DNA of 64,000 nt, from contig NMRA01000067.1 in NCBI GenBank assembly GCA_002633005.1, positions 1,088,951 through 1,152,950 on the forward strand. Direction: 5' to 3'. Positions within the stretch are counted from its first letter, which is position 1. Each line of letters begins with the position of its first letter. The notes beneath the pieces are model-generated. The model was not told the DNA's origin and did not search any database. It was given only the letters and a program-made list of their open reading frames with translations. Below, in pieces: positions 52,301 to 63,283 of the stretch. A program made the translations under genes and the position numbers. This stretch comes from Phoronis australis (taxonomy: Eukaryota; Animalia; Phoronida).

Positions 52301-55300
52301 AAACTGAAGTTGTTTCATCTAAAAATAATTTAAATATTAAAACAAAAATTACCTAACAAATATGTACTCTCGAAATGGATTAACTTGCAATTTTGCTTGG
52401 TTCATACTGCTGCCATTAAGTATAGATTTCACAAACCATTAAGCAAAATATCTTGAAGAGTAAAAATAATTCAAGTTTTAAACAAACTTTTCCAGAACAA
52501 TTTCATGGTTAAAGGCATCTGAATTACATGCTGACACAAGGTAAATCATGCTTCATCAAATGTCCATAAAAAAAACAATGCTGCGTTAGAAATTCTTCAC
52601 TCTCAGACAAAAATTATTGCTAAAATTGCCATAATACTTTAATTTTTCAGAGGCTTCCCACAGTGCTGTAAATGCTCAAAATTTTACCAAATCTTCTTTG
52701 TTCATTGCTACGCCATGCAAACCATATTAAAGGCAATTATGACAGTAAATTTTCCAGAATTAAAGTTGTTGTTGTTGTCCGCCTTATGGTGACCCAAGCT
52801 GAATAGTTTTTACCATACTTGCCTTTTTATCTGATTCTATCTGCACTTGTTCTTCTTTGATAGCGTCCAGATTTTTCTGTCTCTCTTGCTCATGCAGGGC
52901 AAGTCTACTCTGAGCTTCTTGGCGTAATATCTCTTCATTCTAAAGATGACCAGCAGTAGGTTAATTAGAAATAGGAAAAATAAGCACAAAATCTACCCAT
53001 AGATATTGCCATTCTAAGTAGCCCATTCAACACACTACGGTTGTCTCACAGTATCTGCCCAGACTAGAACACCACATTCATAGACTGATGAGAAACAAAA
53101 CACAAACTGAAAATACCAACAAACACGAGTAATTATGACTTTGCGAATTTGCACATTTAATCTCTTTCTGGGTATAAAAACAATTGCTTTCCAAAGGTCC
53201 TGGAAAAGTAGTGATTTGCTGAGATTAAGATTTTCACAGTTGATGCAGATGATTTGTTGGCCAAAATTCACACAGTAACGTTTGCTAACATACCATAATG
53301 TATAATGACCGTGACGTGATCTTCGGGACTTCAGGGTGCAATAGCCGGATATTACGTGCCTGCATTTTGAGAACCAGTTTGATGGCCGTTATTCAGTGGA
53401 CTATAAACTGCACTAGCACCGATTTGAAAAGGCTAATCCATTAAAAGATCAAAACAAGTGAAATCAAAACATCTTGCTTCGTGAGGCAGTTCGTATCTTA
53501 ACGTCATCATCTTAATGTTTACAGACTGTGTAGTATCGCATGCAATCCTCTAAACAAAAACCTTGGGTTTGCTCAGCAATGGTGACCACCCCAAGTAGGC
53601 GTGCTGGCTATCACGACATGACTGCATTATGCACATTCAGTCTGTAGCTCACCTGCGCCCTCTGTAGCTCCTGAACCTTCAGCTTCTCGTCCAGGGCCTT
53701 CAGCTGTGCATAAGCTTCCTTCTCCAGCACTCGGAACTCATACACAACAGCAATTGTGCCGCCTCCTAAATATTACAGGCAGTTAGTTATAATTTGTACG
53801 TACTCCAAATAGTAGACTACAGGGTTTCAAGTAGTGCAGTGTCACGGTGGCACCATACAACAATGAAACTAGTCTAATTTTGATTTTTAAGGAACAATTA
53901 AATTGATTAATAAAATTGACAAGTAATGTTATTGCAACACACTACATTGTTACGTCCACTCAGAAGTAATCTGCTTTAAGTCAATGTTCGCCACACAATA
54001 GATGGATATTATACAGAGAGTCCTACCCACCAGGTTGCGCTGTAAGATCCTCATCTGAGGATTCTTTGACTTGTCCAGTGGGTTCACTTGGTTCATCAGC
54101 AAAACTCAGTTCTATTGCCTCTTCATCCTGCTCATCCTCCACTTCCAGCTCAGCTAGGATCTGAAATACATACAGTTAATGCTCATCAAACAATCAACAT
54201 ATTAAATAACTAACATTACACTAGAATCATAATAATGACTTAATTGCAGATAAAGCAACAAAACTCTGTAACCTGGACATGCCACAATAGAAGTAACTAA
54301 TTATCTTAGTACTTATATGTCTAAAATGGAAAAAACTTTGATAGTTATTTATCATAACTTCTGCAATGCACGATGTGCCGCTACATGAAAAATAAAAAAA
54401 AAACAGTGCAGGTGGCCTGATGTCATTTGCGGTGCATCAGACGTGCGCAGGCCTCATGGTTGGGCCCATTACACAAAACACCTGAGCTAAAGCACGAGAG
54501 ACTCACTTTGGTTCTTCGTGAAGGAAGTTTTCAAGTCTGCCAGTCTCCTTCAAGAAAACGGACAGACGTTTCCATTTGTTGCTATGCACTATATGTTGTA
54601 GACAATCATGTAACAGTGCCAACCAGTAGGTTGCTCCTTAGCCTATAAAAAGCTGGGCAAGACTACCAGGTGTTTAGTAGATTCTACGTCAGTACCACAG
54701 TCGGGACACACTGGGCTGTGTCGGGCTAGGTTACAGTGGCCCGTCAAAATTTGAATGACATGTCTTATGCTCAATCTACCTAGACTCAAAGGGTTTTTTG
54801 AACCTTTTGGTTTCATCACATTGGGAAAATTCTCCTTGGTCTCTCTGCAGGAGTTAGGTGATGCCCACTGGGCTGCTGACTGGGTATGTACCCACTTGCG
54901 TATACATGGTTGAATAACCTTTTTCGTGATCAGAATTCCTGGACTAATTATCGCAACTAAGAGTGTAACAGCAATATTCAAAAATCTAACCATGTGTACT
55001 TTTCAAGAACTATTCATTACAAACAATGAATATAAAAATTTTCCATTATATGAAAATTTAAAAACAGTATTGTCGCCTCCAGTATTTACAATCATGTTTA
55101 TGATGGGCAATTTTGTGCATGATACCCCAAGTTAATCTCCAGAAAATGATAACATTAGCTGAACCTAAGATTGTTTCTTTGAAGATAGTGGTGGATTTTA
55201 AGGTTTTTAGAAAACCAGTCGAGTTGCCCAAACTCGGCCTGTGAGGGTGTCAGCATAGGACTCTTTTCATGTCCAGCACTTTCAAAGTGAACAGTGCGAC

Positions 55301-57523
55301 TTTTCTGATGAAAGCGATGACAATGAAATTGACAAACAATTTACTAGGAGCGAGTGATGATGATATATGAATTAGCTCTGTGAGTGCTCGATCCAGTTGT
55401 ACTGACATCTGTAGTGACATTGATGGCACTTGGGTTCAAACCTATCGTGCTTCTGTACCTCGGCTATGCGACAAATTGGGCAAGCAGACCTTAGCAAACA
55501 TCTAGATAAATGGTAATGTGTGCTATGAAAAAGATTGGAAAAATTTGGAATAATTACTGACAACAGTTTAGACACCAATCTCAAAAGTGGACGATTCTTC
55601 GTGCTTGGGTGACCTTTCCAGCTTAATGGAAGCATTTGACAGCCAATTAAAATTAATGGGCGTGTGACAGGTGTTTTAGAGTGGCAAATGACCTTCACAC
55701 TTTTAGGAATTAGTAAGCAAAGTAAAGAATGCTTACTTTAATAGCATTGACCCCGGAACTTGAAATTTATTGAGTTTAATACAAGAGCAACGCGGAGCGT
55801 TGAAATGCGCCCACAATTGCACCGCATACGGTATCCTTCTAGGGTTGTTTATTGGTACCATAAAGTGGCCAGTAGAGGGCATACTTTGCAAAATGGAAAG
55901 GCATGGTCATTGTCTCCTCAATAGGCTAGGGGCAAAATGTGAGTAATCTTCATAATACAAGCACATCCTATACACCAGTTGCTTAAAGCACCACAGAAAC
56001 ATAGAATTAAAAACAAATTTACCAACATANNNNNNNNNNNNNNNNNNNNNNNNNNNNNNNNNNNNNNNNNNNNNNNNNNNNNNNNNNNNNNNNNNNNNNN
56101 NNNNNNNNNNNNNNNNNNNNNNNNNNNNNNNNNNNNNNNNNNNNNNNNNNNNNNNNNNNNNNNNNNNNNNNNNNNNNNNNNNNNNNNNNNNNNNNNNNNN
56201 NNNNNNNNNNNNNNNNNNNNNNNNNNNNNNNNNNNNNNNNNNNNNNNNNNNNNNNNNNNNNNNNNNNNNNNNNNNNCAATCATCCTTTGAACGGTTTGGT
56301 TGATAGAGGGGTGGAAGCACAAAAACAGACTCGAAAACAGTAAAAATGGCCACTAGGTGGCGCAAACTATGTCGAATCCATCCGAAAACGGCAGGATAGC
56401 GTCATCTCACTACTAGGTGCCCACATACCAAATTTCATGAAAATCCGTTCAGGACTTTTGAAGATAAAAAGGTAAGCGTAAAAAACTAAAATTGCCACTA
56501 GGGGGCACACCGGTAGTCGGATCCGTCCGAAAGTTCGCACATGCCGTCCCATTCATGAATGAAACATATGTGCCAAATTTCATGAACGTATGTCAAAGGG
56601 TTTTGGAGATAGAGCAGCGGACGCCGGACGCCAGACGCCGGATGGACGCCGCCCGGACAGACGGGACGGACGGAGATGACGGCATAATGCGTCCACATAT
56701 AAATATGTGGGCGCATAAAAAAGTATCGTCAATAGAATGTAACCATCTTAAATAATCTTGTTTGCAATTAAATATGAATTTCATTAAATAATAACCTTAT
56801 TTTTTATAACTTCAGGATCCTCTCCTTGTAAATCAGTGAATTCTGAGAGCATTTCACTAAAATCGCCATGTTTCTTGACCGTCTCAGTGGGATGAAGGAT
56901 TTCGTCACATTCCTCTATCTCAGCCTCCACTTTCTGAGCCCTACTCTCAGCACGCTCATAATATGCCTTCACTGTGTCAGGAAGAGCATCCTACAAGACA
57001 AAACAGGCTGTAAATGATTTACTTAACATGTTTGTGATGTTGTTTTAACAACGGCAAATTGACACTTTGACTAGTAGGAATTTTAAGTAACAGTACGCCG
57101 TGTAACAATAATGTGGTCAGGTTATCAAAATGTAAACAAATTTAACAAGAATACTAGCGAACAAGCGGGAGTTTCAAAGTTTAATTAACAGAGCAATGAA
57201 CTGCCATAACATAATGGATGCAATATCACTAATTTTTAGAAGTTTTTATTCCAGTATTAGACTCAAACTTGATCAGATTGAAGCATTGTCCAACATAGGA
57301 TACCACTAAACGTCTCTGCCAATGAGAAAAAGTGTCATACTGTTAACACCAAGTAAGCAGATAAAGTAACCTCAAGCACAGCTGCCTCCTCTGCCTGCTC
57401 CTCATCTCCCTCCTCTGTCAGCGAGTCATCCAGTGCATTTAGATCCAAGTTCTTCAGTTCTTCTTCAATCGCTGTCTCAATTGAAACAGTGTCATCACTC
57501 CCAGCTAAGTCAGGCATACTCAT
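31377..57523 (-). CDS. LRRIQ1: leucine-rich repeat and IQ domain-containing protein 1 (LRRIQ1)-like, ~1546 aa, 26 coding exons
   Basis: Exons (minus): 57523-57371, 56990-56796, 54160-54031, 53765-53653, 52939-52823, 52318-52244, 51917-51778, 50074-49979, 49841-49188, 48903-48769, 47955-47820, 47503-47351, 46617-46467, 42992-42799, 42645-42518, 42146-41979, 41489-41328, 40976-40479, 39892-39703, 37789-37608, 37083-36862, 35925-35831, 35558-35451, 34062-33866, 32998-32896, 31522-31377 (TGA). Phases join into a 4641-nt ORF. IQ motifs AAIRIQSLYRAFRVR, AATVIQAVWRGFIAR and AAVKIQSLWRGYALR; LRRs (VTTVELCDLPGCTLSTLSQC, LDLSHN, LLLDDN, LTGNP); C-terminal SEEWGFKD, QWLHSQV, NGGRVQL and HRRHSLGSS as recalled for vertebrate LRRIQ1. 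Confidence 0.92.
31790..31920 (+). pseudogene. second Penelope-like GIY-YIG relic
   Basis: TEDMRILDRESSWFE*GVTEVVWVKAKNP resembles the ILDRE..WFERGVKEAI.V....P motif and contains an in-frame stop. Confidence 0.6.
32231..32735. mobile_element. hAT-like MITE with a 6-bp target duplication
   Basis: Perfect 13-bp TIR CAGGGCTTGGAAT/ATTCCAAGCCCTG, flanked by AACTGG on both sides (32225-32230, 32736-32741). CpG-rich interior. Confidence 0.8.
33197..33300. mobile_element. ~100-bp hairpin MITE family (other copies 51646-51748 and partial 53341-53410)
   Basis: gtcggatat..gtattttgagaaccagttt [loop] aaactggttctcaaaat..tat.cgac forms a near-complete foldback. Three copies lie in LRRIQ1 introns. Confidence 0.75.
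33486..33785. mobile_element. MITE with gtaaaaattctc..tttggga TIRs (second copy 38060-38365)
   Basis: gtaaaaattctcc.tttggga.agt pairs with actgtcccaaa.tag..aattttt in both copies. Confidence 0.6.
34531..34763. mobile_element. MITE, possibly PIF/Harbinger-like
   Basis: gcccgttccaacaaaactgactta pairs with taagtcagtttcttggaacaggcc. Internal taagacaaatctta occurs twice. Confidence 0.5.
38481..39678 (-). mobile_element. Helentron-type non-autonomous element (second family)
   Basis: Long hairpin tacttgacggaattc-gaa-gaattccgccaagta (39645-39677), matching subterminal inverted repeat acttggcggaatt (38506-38518), short hairpin cgctc-ggag-gagcg (38490-38503) and an A-rich flank. No obvious target duplication. 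Confidence 0.8.
43287..46184. mobile_element. Tc2/pogo-like non-autonomous DNA transposon, copy A (interrupted by a nested element)
   Basis: TA|CTGTATTTGCTCTAATAAC..GTTATTAGGGCAAATACAG|TA. Collinear with 50160-51562 once 43418-44996 is removed. Confidence 0.85.
43418..44992. mobile_element. nested 1.58-kb DNA transposon with 34-bp TIRs and ATTT target duplication (Sola1-like by inference)
   Basis: GTGACCCTCCACGACAAAATGAGTCTTAAGTCGG / CCGACTTAAGACTCATTTTGTGGTGGTGGGTCAC (2 mismatches), with ATTT on both sides. The empty site is visible at ~50287. Confidence 0.85.
47478..47735. repeat. degenerate ~76-bp tandem repeat straddling an LRRIQ1 splice acceptor
   Basis: ggtcac..a.tctactgttgtcaccta..aaagta..g.acaaa.a..gagtaa recurs at ~47479, 47555, 47631 and 47708. 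Confidence 0.75.
50160..51562. mobile_element. Tc2/pogo-like non-autonomous DNA transposon, copy B (1403 bp)
   Basis: TA|CCGTATTCGCCATAATAACCGCCC..GGGCGGTTATTACAGCGAATACGG|TA. No transposase ORF. Confidence 0.88.
54645..54920 (-). pseudogene. non-LTR retrotransposon 3' relic (I/LOA-group-like zinc finger)
   Basis: IRHVIQILTGHCNLARH..VCPDCGTDVESTKHLV fits the LTGH..L..H..C-x2-C....ET..H C-terminal motif of RNase H-bearing LINEs. Confidence 0.65.
55781..56720 (-). mobile_element. HINE/DINE-1-like element, same family as 25027-26718, both ends intact
   Basis: Hairpin atgcgtccacatat-aa-atatgtgggcgcat (56687-56716), GACG/GGAC microsatellite, tandem monomers, subterminal inverted repeat atgcgcccaca (55805-55815) and terminal palindrome caacgc-gga-gcgttg (55788-55802). 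Confidence 0.85.
56030..56276. other. assembly gap (N run)
   Basis: 247 Ns inside the HINE-like element. Confidence 1.
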
Positions 57524-57863
57524 CCTACAGCACAATGACGTGTAATGTTAAAGTAATGATATGAGTATTGTTCAGTTAAGTCTACAACTCCAGGTCAAAA
57601 GGATAATTAAAACACAGCACACAAAACCCGGGACCCAAATGTCCAAAGCAACCTCGGAAAAGCAAGGTTTAACCACAGCACCATTAGAATGAGAAGAAAG
57701 TGCAGATTAGTATATCATGCAGTTTTCAAAAGTAGGAAGCCCTTCTGCATATCTATATTTTGTATTCGTGTAACATTTTTAGTTCTAAATCAAGGGACAG
57801 CTTCGGTTAAGTTTGGGCAATCAGTTCATGAAGGACTGCTTGAAGAAAAAATTTGGTAACAGG

Positions 57864-58268
57864 AATTATCTGCCTCACACTGACTAAAACAACAAAGTCA
57901 CATTGTTCTAAATACCTTATGCCCATAGAGTGATCCTTAGGAGGCCGTTGTTCCTTGTAACTCTTGAAACAAATATTCCCGTTATCAAACTTTTTCTTCA
58001 AGCATTCCCTCGTTCAGTTCACAAAATCGCCAACTGGCCATTTTTACTCTGCGCATGCCAGGAGATATGATGTCATACCACCTGCCACGCATAGTGTTAA
58101 AAATGCCGAGTTTCTGATTTTGGGAAATGAACGAAGGACTGTTTGAAGAAAGTTTGAAAATGGAATATTTGTTTGAATTGGAAGGAATTAAAGACATTAA
58201 CAGCCTCTAAGATATCCCTCTATGTGCAAAAGGTATTTATATAACAGCATGACTTTGATGTTGAGCCA
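57864..58268. mobile_element. foldback MITE, copy 3 (most complete)
   Basis: Imperfect inverted arms of well over 100 bp around a short core. Homologous to the 16643 and 17711 copies. Confidence 0.7.
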
Positions 58269-58484
58269 GCTCCGCCCTGGATGCTGCAGGCACACAGGGA
58301 CGATAGTACATCCCCACAAAAAGTTACTTATTTCAAAATACAGCAAATAAAATTGAATGAACCATACATATAGGAACACAGAGTTATAATTAACACATAC
58401 CATGACTCTGGATATGACTTAGTCAGCAAAACTTGAGCAAATCAATGAAAATCTGTTGTGCCGGTTTGCTCGAGTTTCTCTTAC

Positions 58485-58720
58485 CTGGTGCCATTTTGAG
58501 GAAGTTACGTGAAATCACGCATGTTGACGAATAAAAAGTCCAAGGGACATAAATCTTACAAATTTCACCTGATACCTTCACATGTTATTTTGCAAGAGTT
58601 ACGTGTAAGCGTCACGCGCTTCACTCAGTCTCACGCTAGCCTTTGCCTAACTCACGTGACCCAGTTGACATACTTGTGGTTATAGCGCACGTGGTGAAAA
58701 AGTTAACGGCAACCAAAAAA
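58485..58720 (-). promoter_or_regulatory. probable first (5' leader) exon and promoter of the LRRIQ1-like gene
   Basis: Strong donor CAG|gtaaga at 58485/58484 and an acceptor at 57525, one base before the ATG. The region is CpG-enriched with E-boxes TCACGTGA (58652-58659) and CACGTG (58688-58693) and X-box-like GTTGCCGTTAAC (58713-58702). Confidence 0.55.
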
Positions 58721-60647
58721 GTGGAGTTGGAATTCTTCGCCAAAGTCAACTTAATTCTCACAACTAAGCTTCATCGAAGATATGTATAAAAGTAGAAAGG
58801 ACCAATGATGAAAGTAAGTGCTTTTGTAAATAATATTTTTAAGTGTGGAATGTATTTTTGATGAGGTGAAAACTCAAAACCGGTGACCGTATTTGGGTTA
58901 CCGCCCGTTTAAAATACATGTAACGAAATGCGTACAGAAAGCTAATGGAAGTATTGTAGCCCCTAAATGGCCAACCCAGAGGCTAGGTGTTGCCTAGTCA
59001 CTGCCTAGCTAAGTACTAGGTCGAATACTGTGCTGCACAGCAAAGACAACGTAGCAGAACCCAGTCAATATCCAAACTTTTGGTTTCTTTAGATATTGAA
59101 TAATTTGCTGTGTTGCCTAGGCTAACATATTCTATAGTTCTTTTTATTACAGACTGTGAACTTTAGTTTTTAACCCTCTTTACAATAGGTGAGGGTTAGA
59201 AACGCAGAATTCACAAACTTCGTAAGGAGTGCCTGTTTTATGATGAACCCTACCATTTCTCAATGATTAAGCACAACTTCATCTATGTGATTCTGAAAGT
59301 GACTTAAGTTGTTCTAAGTCATATCAAAGCAATTGCTTACTTAATAAAATAAATTTCTTTTCTACAGTTGACAGTTGAAAATTGTAATTTTTAAAATGGC
59401 CACTCATAACGCTAAAAATGCATGAAATTCATAGACAAAAACATGCATAAATTTCTCAAACATTGTCCAATTCCAATGATTCTTTTTTAATTTGCACAAC
59501 TAAATAACTCTTTGCATATGAGATTCAGTTGGCATTAAGACAGTGACCAAAGAATTTATTTTAGACCGTAATACAGTCAACTCTCGAATATGGACCTTGA
59601 GTGTGATTTAGCCGAATAACAAGAAATCCGCCAAATTTTGGAGAACAAACTCACAATGACAAACTCAAATAGGTTTTAGCTGATCAAAACTAGGTATCAC
59701 GGTTGACACTCACCCTGCTGACACTGCCCTTTTGACCAGTTTGACACGATAGCCGGACAAGTTGTTTACAATGGTTACCAAAATATTATCAGCTTTTTAG
59801 GAGATTAAATCCACAAAATACCTCACGTGGGTCATTTCGTAGTTTTCTTAGGCCCATGCTGTGGTTCAGGATATGTAATACAGCATTTCAGAAGCCGAAC
59901 TGAACACAGCCAACGATAAACATTATCAATGTTTCATTTATTGAGCCCCAGTGTCATCCATTTTGAAAGATAAAATTTACCCACAATGCACCTTTTTAAA
60001 AGATTTGTAGCGACATCTACAGTGTGCTTATTGCAAAGACGTTTCAAACAAGATTATTCACAAACGCCGCTGCAGTATTATAGCGCCACGGATTGTAGCG
60101 ATACCTAACGGGCGTGTGTGCGTTGACGAAGTACGCGAGGCGTTGACTACGGCCGATTTCAGTTTGTCAAATTCAAAATTATGAAGTGTCTTTGCTTAAA
60201 ATATTGAAAACAAAAAACATGAGCAGTGACATGGAAAATACACATAGGCAAAATCTAGAGTATATCAAGAAAAAACTTGGACAGTAAAGGTAATAAAAAT
60301 TACGAGAAATACATCATAAGCAAGAGTAATCTGAGGTAAACAGGTGAAAATAGGTGATTGGAGGGTGATCGGGTACAGAACATGTAGGATTTTGTTCAGG
60401 GAGGTCAAGGAAGTAATAAACATAAGACAGACCTTGTCAAGTTCGTCTAATGTCAGACAACTTCTCAAGACACAAAACAGCCAACAAGTAAACTATACGA
60501 TATATACCTCTAAAACACACACAAAACACACAAACTCATAATAATGATTGCCGAGAATTGGTATAGTTCACAAGGGTCTCACTGTCTCTTTATGGTCGTA
60601 CACGTGGCACAAGTTTGGCTTCAGCATAAGAGATTTTCCACTGCTTT

Positions 60648-60722
60648 GACAAATATTACGCCTCCCAGCTTGACCAGCCTCTTGTGGACAAATATTACGC
60701 CGCCCAGCTTGACCAGCCTCCT
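60648..60722. repeat. 39-bp tandem duplication
   Basis: gacaaatattacgcc(t/g)cccagcttgaccagcctc at 60648 and 60687. Confidence 0.9.
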
Positions 60723-62129
60723 GCCCCCATGGTTCAGCTGCATGGTGATAAAACTGAAGAGTCACATGTTCCAAAGCGTATTGCCGGACTGGTATGAGCC
60801 CCATATGCTTCAGAGCGTCATGGCAAAGTACAACTCCCATCCGCCAAACAATGTTAAACAATATTCATTCACTCAATGTAAATTAATTTAATTAAAACCC
60901 AACACCGAAGCTATTAGTTACGATCTAAATTCATGTCTTACCGCAAACAACATTTAACAATACAGAATCACACGAGTGATGTAACCTTGTGCACAACTTA
61001 GATGTATGGTGGGACAGCACAGGTTAGAATCATTCGAAAACGTGCGTGTGCCACTGTTTCCTTGATATAGAAACTATTTGACCAAATGTATGGAATTTCA
61101 CCAAAGAAATCAAAATATAAAAAGCGCAAGAACAGGGGCCAGTAGTAATCAAAACATGAAAAAATCACGTGACGTCAGCCATTGTTATAACCACAGAAAT
61201 ATACTTGCAAAAACTAAATTAATGTAGCCCCTTAATGGGGTTCACGAGTTACACTCTGTCGACTGTCCGTAGTCAAGGATTGTAAAATACGAGATGGTAT
61301 ATTTTTTCCATTGAATCTTCCTTGGAAACAAACACAAAACTCAATTTTTTGTATTTTTTTTTCTTCATAGTCACGCAGAAAACTGATAAGAAAGTATTAT
61401 CTCAGTGAAATCCCTAGCATCCCCCAAACTGGTCCCCAAAGCACCTCGAAATGGCTATACACAAAAACTGGCGTAGTTTAGCGCATTTTGGCGTTCCAAC
61501 TAAGGTTAACGGAAACCCGTTTGAAAATGCAAGCTGTCTTCGGATAGAGAGGCCCAGTTTTTACAAAATTTAAAACATTTTTTCACTACCTTCCATTTGA
61601 ACCGTTTTAAAACTATTTCACTTACTAGACATATTTGAACCCAAGATGGACTATTTTGGGCCAAAATATTGACGACGCTCCAACTTAAAAAATACTGGCC
61701 CGAATAATTTGAAAAAACCTTTTCAACATATCGCACCAGGATGTATGAACGCACATTTTTCAAGATCTGAAGAGATGACCCTCCAGTTGACATCATGGGA
61801 TGGCAGTTAATAACGCTAAGAAAATCCTCACTTAAAGCTTAAAGCATTTTTTTTACCGACGGCGAGTCCTCATGACACATTTTTGTTAAAAAAATTCACA
61901 TCTAAAATATTTCACGATTTAAATAAACTTCTTTGCCCACCATTTTCTTCCCGTACTCAACGTTTCCCCTCTTTGTTGTACTCCCCCCTCCACCCCCCTC
62001 TCCTCCTCCCCCCAAGGCCTTTTGTGAAGGTTCATATGGTACGCATGCTGAGAACCTAACTCCATATTTGGTTTGCACTCAGGGGGACTTGACAACAAGT
62101 AACTATGGTGGAAGTGGCCTAACTGAGTT

Positions 62130-62240
62130 TGGCAGCACGTGACCATTGAGTGCATCTAATAGAACAACGGGGAGTGGGTGCGCTAAGCCTCTTGTCACGT
62201 GACTTTTGTGTTTCCCGCCAAGTATTCAAATCATTTGAAC
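62130..62240 (+). promoter_or_regulatory. promoter motif cluster upstream of a putative first exon
   Basis: GTCACGTGAC palindrome (62194-62203), E2F site TTTCCCGCCAA (62211-62221), TTCAAA/TTTGAA (62225-62239) and a further CACGTG at ~62136. Confidence 0.55.
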
Positions 62241-62325
62241 CAGAAAACCACTGCTATTGAGACAAGAGAGACGTGCGATTACTACTGCTATTACTACTGC
62301 GATAACTACTGCTGTATACGAAACC

Positions 62326-62353
62326 TTACTACTACTACTACTACTACTACTAC
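62326..62353. repeat. (TAC)n microsatellite
   Basis: About 9 tandem TAC units, preceded by degenerate ttactactgc units from ~62279. Confidence 0.9.
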
Positions 62354-62401
62354 ATCGTGATTTATAAATATATTGTGTGTGGAGTGCCTGAACAAGTGAG
62401 A

Positions 62402-62448
62402 ATGCCTTTCATAAATTACCTTAACAGCTTCTGCGAATCCATCACCGA
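62402..62448 (+). CDS. putative first coding exon of an unidentified gene (MPFINYLNSFCESIT..)
   Basis: An ATG about 180 nt downstream of the promoter motifs opens a frame to a consensus donor GA|gtaagt at 62449. No downstream exon was recognised in the window. Confidence 0.45.
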
Positions 62449-63208
62449 GTAAGTACTCTGATTTTACTACAGGTGTTAAGTTGACGTTTTTTTAGATTAA
62501 ATTGTTATCAAGCAAACACTAAAGAGGCATGCTGGCCTTAAGCTGGTCAGATCGCAACTTGGTGAAAAGGGGGTGTTTAAAGTGTGACCATCAACATTTG
62601 TCCATTTAGATGAGCAAAGAAATAAAAGTTGGGCCAGGATGAATAAAGCTAAGTAAAAATTTCAATCAAGTGAGAGTTTTGGAATGTGTGGTTGCATGTG
62701 GACTGTTTATGTTCTTTTTATAAATTCGCGGTTTTTCTCACCATTATTAAATTATGTTGTCAACTCATTCGGCAACAATTCAAGATCGGATGACATTTTT
62801 GAACCCCGAACGCTTAGGAATCGCAATTCAACATTGGCAGCTAAGCGTTTGGGACGACGTAGTTAGTTATCGCTGTGTAGTTGAAATGATAGTTCTCTTT
62901 TAAAATATTTAACTGAGTTCCTACAAATTGGCAGTAGGTTACATTTTTTGATACTGCGAATGATTTCAATTTGTTTTCAGTAAGTATCTTAATAGCATTA
63001 ACCAACTGCCTTCAAAAACGTTCAAAATATCCTCATGCACTTTAATTCTGTTTAAGCGTAGTCATGTTATTAAAGTGTTGATTTACTTTAAAAGGTTACG
63101 TCGCCTTCATGAAGGAGCTTTTGTGAAATTCTTCATGGGACGTATTTCACTTATATGAAATGTACTTTCAATCGCTTCAATCGGTTTTTGTAAAATATGT
63201 TAAAGACC

Positions 63209-63283
63209 ATGGGTGGCGCACCATAGGGGAATGGAGAGGGGGGGTCTGTAGCCCTCACTTTTTTCAGTGCTGCGCCGCCCATG
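63209..63283. mobile_element. very short MITE
   Basis: catgggtggcgca / tgcgccgcccatg inverted termini around a G-rich core. Confidence 0.5.

Noticed and set aside
59560-61840. Possible further DNA transposons in the intergenic region
   Set aside because: CpG-rich and TIR-like starts are visible (e.g. tacagtcaactctcg ~59572), but I could not pair termini or find target duplications.
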